Shown: positions 5,940-6,696 of the stretch, in pieces | Layout: every line of letters begins with the position of its first letter | Numbering within the stretch: the stretch's first letter is position 1 | Virus record (IMG/VR): IMGVR_UViG_3300033830_000011 | Span: 1 to 6,696 of that record | DNA length: 6,696 nt | Strand: one strand, 5' to 3' | The notes under the pieces: generated by a model | Databases searched by the model: none | What the model saw: the letters and a program-made list of their open reading frames with translations, nothing else | Told to the model about the DNA's origin: nothing | Position numbers and translations under genes: made by a program

Positions 5940-6513
5940 TGATAAACAGCAACAGCAACAACAGCAGACCGGAATCAGAGGGACAAGTGCAAAAACCGTA
6001 GTAGTGAAAGTAAATCCCTTAACATTTGACGACAATCACGGACTTGTAAAACTCGTAAAACAACCTTTATCGAAGATAAACCTCCTTGAGGAGTTAAAAG
6101 ATGATGACGTTATCAATAACATCAACAAACTTAAACAGTTTGAGAGTGCGGTCATTGCTGCACTGCTTGAGGACCTGCAACAGGAAGTACGTTATATCAC
6201 AGTACCTTCACTTATACTGCCTTTGTTTAAGAACTCAGTGAGGAACGTAATCAGGAACATGATAGTTATTTCAGACGCAGTTTACACCCACGTCCTCAGT
6301 AAGATAAGCAAAGACGTAGACGATAGTGAGAAATTAATGGAAGACTTAAAGCTTATCCAGCATTATCTTGACATTATAAACAGCTTCTACCTTGCAGTCG
6401 ATAACATAAGCATTGTAATTGTGAACCTCCTGAATACTAACTTACCTGCCGATAGGGCACCGCGTCTGATTAACGAAATATTGACGGGGTACGACATATG
6501 GAAACAACATTGA
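5932..6513 (+). CDS. Hypothetical alpha-helical protein with an N-terminal polyQ tract, about 193 aa
   Basis: ATG 5932 is preceded by SD GGTGA (5922-5926) and is preferred over GTG 5923. The composition is amphipathic and helical (L/I/D/N/K-rich). Confidence 0.8.
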   Translation: MSDDKQQQQQQQTGIRGTSAKTVVVKVNPLTFDDNHGLVKLVKQPLSKINLLEELKDDDVINNINKLKQFESAVIAALLEDLQQEVRYITVPSLILPLFKNSVRNVIRNMIVISDAVYTHVLSKISKDVDDSEKLMEDLKLIQHYLDIINSFYLAVDNISIVIVNLLNTNLPADRAPRLINEILTGYDIWKQH

Positions 6514-6696
6514 TAGTGGGAACGGCAGGAGTTGTAACAGCCACAGTAACTACTACAGTCCTACTTTTAAAGAGAAAGAAAAAGAAACCAGTTTACACTG
6601 AAAGAAACGTAGTGTGGTGGATTGATAAACACCTAACTCCCAAAATGCTCACTGCAACAAAACCCAGAGTCGTTGATAAGGTATACGGGCAATATG
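6498..6696 (+). CDS. Partial CDS (runs off the window end), N-terminally membrane-anchored protein
   Basis: Not in the ORF track. ATG 6498 opens METTLIVGTAGVVTATVTTTVLLLKRKKKKPVYTERNVVWWIDKHLTPK... with no stop before 6696. It overlaps the upstream stop, has GGGGT upstream, and shows a hydrophobic anchor followed by KRKKKK. Confidence 0.75.
   Translation, partial: METTLIVGTAGVVTATVTTTVLLLKRKKKKPVYTERNVVWWIDKHLTPKMLTATKPRVVDKVYGQY

Noticed and set aside
522-6035. Antisense or alternate-frame ORFs 522-725, 1496-1696, 2074-2289, 2538-2732, 2627-3049, 4520-4765 and 5850-6035
   Set aside because: They are shadows of well-supported plus-strand genes. The poly-Cys in 5850-6035 is just the reverse complement of the polyQ codons.
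6220-6243. Shared peptide P-x-(I/L)FKNSV in the 193-aa and 247-aa proteins
   Set aside because: The match is short, has no visible flanking similarity, and is compatible with chance.

Overview
An AT-rich, densely packed and almost entirely plus-strand gene cluster. It has archaeal signals: GGTGA/GGAGGTGA Shine-Dalgarno motifs, overlapping start/stop codons, and a BRE-TATA promoter in front of a leaderless gene. It most likely comes from a crenarchaeal (Sulfolobales-type) virus or another mobile element; this is an inference, and I cannot name the element. It encodes several membrane or surface proteins with N-glycosylation sequons, a Cdc48/Vps4-like (classic clade) AAA+ ATPase with a degenerate second domain, a GT-C-like polytopic membrane glycosyltransferase, a small minus-strand zinc-finger protein and several hypothetical proteins. 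The most unusual feature is a modular G/C-run repeat family built from GAAACTTAAAGACCYTTCAGA, GAYACYCCCA and CCCCCAATSCTA blocks. It occupies all three intergenic regions (24-93, 791-926, 5621-5709) and has one copy hidden inside a CDS (4388-4416). In two clusters it ends exactly 31 nt upstream of the next ATG.
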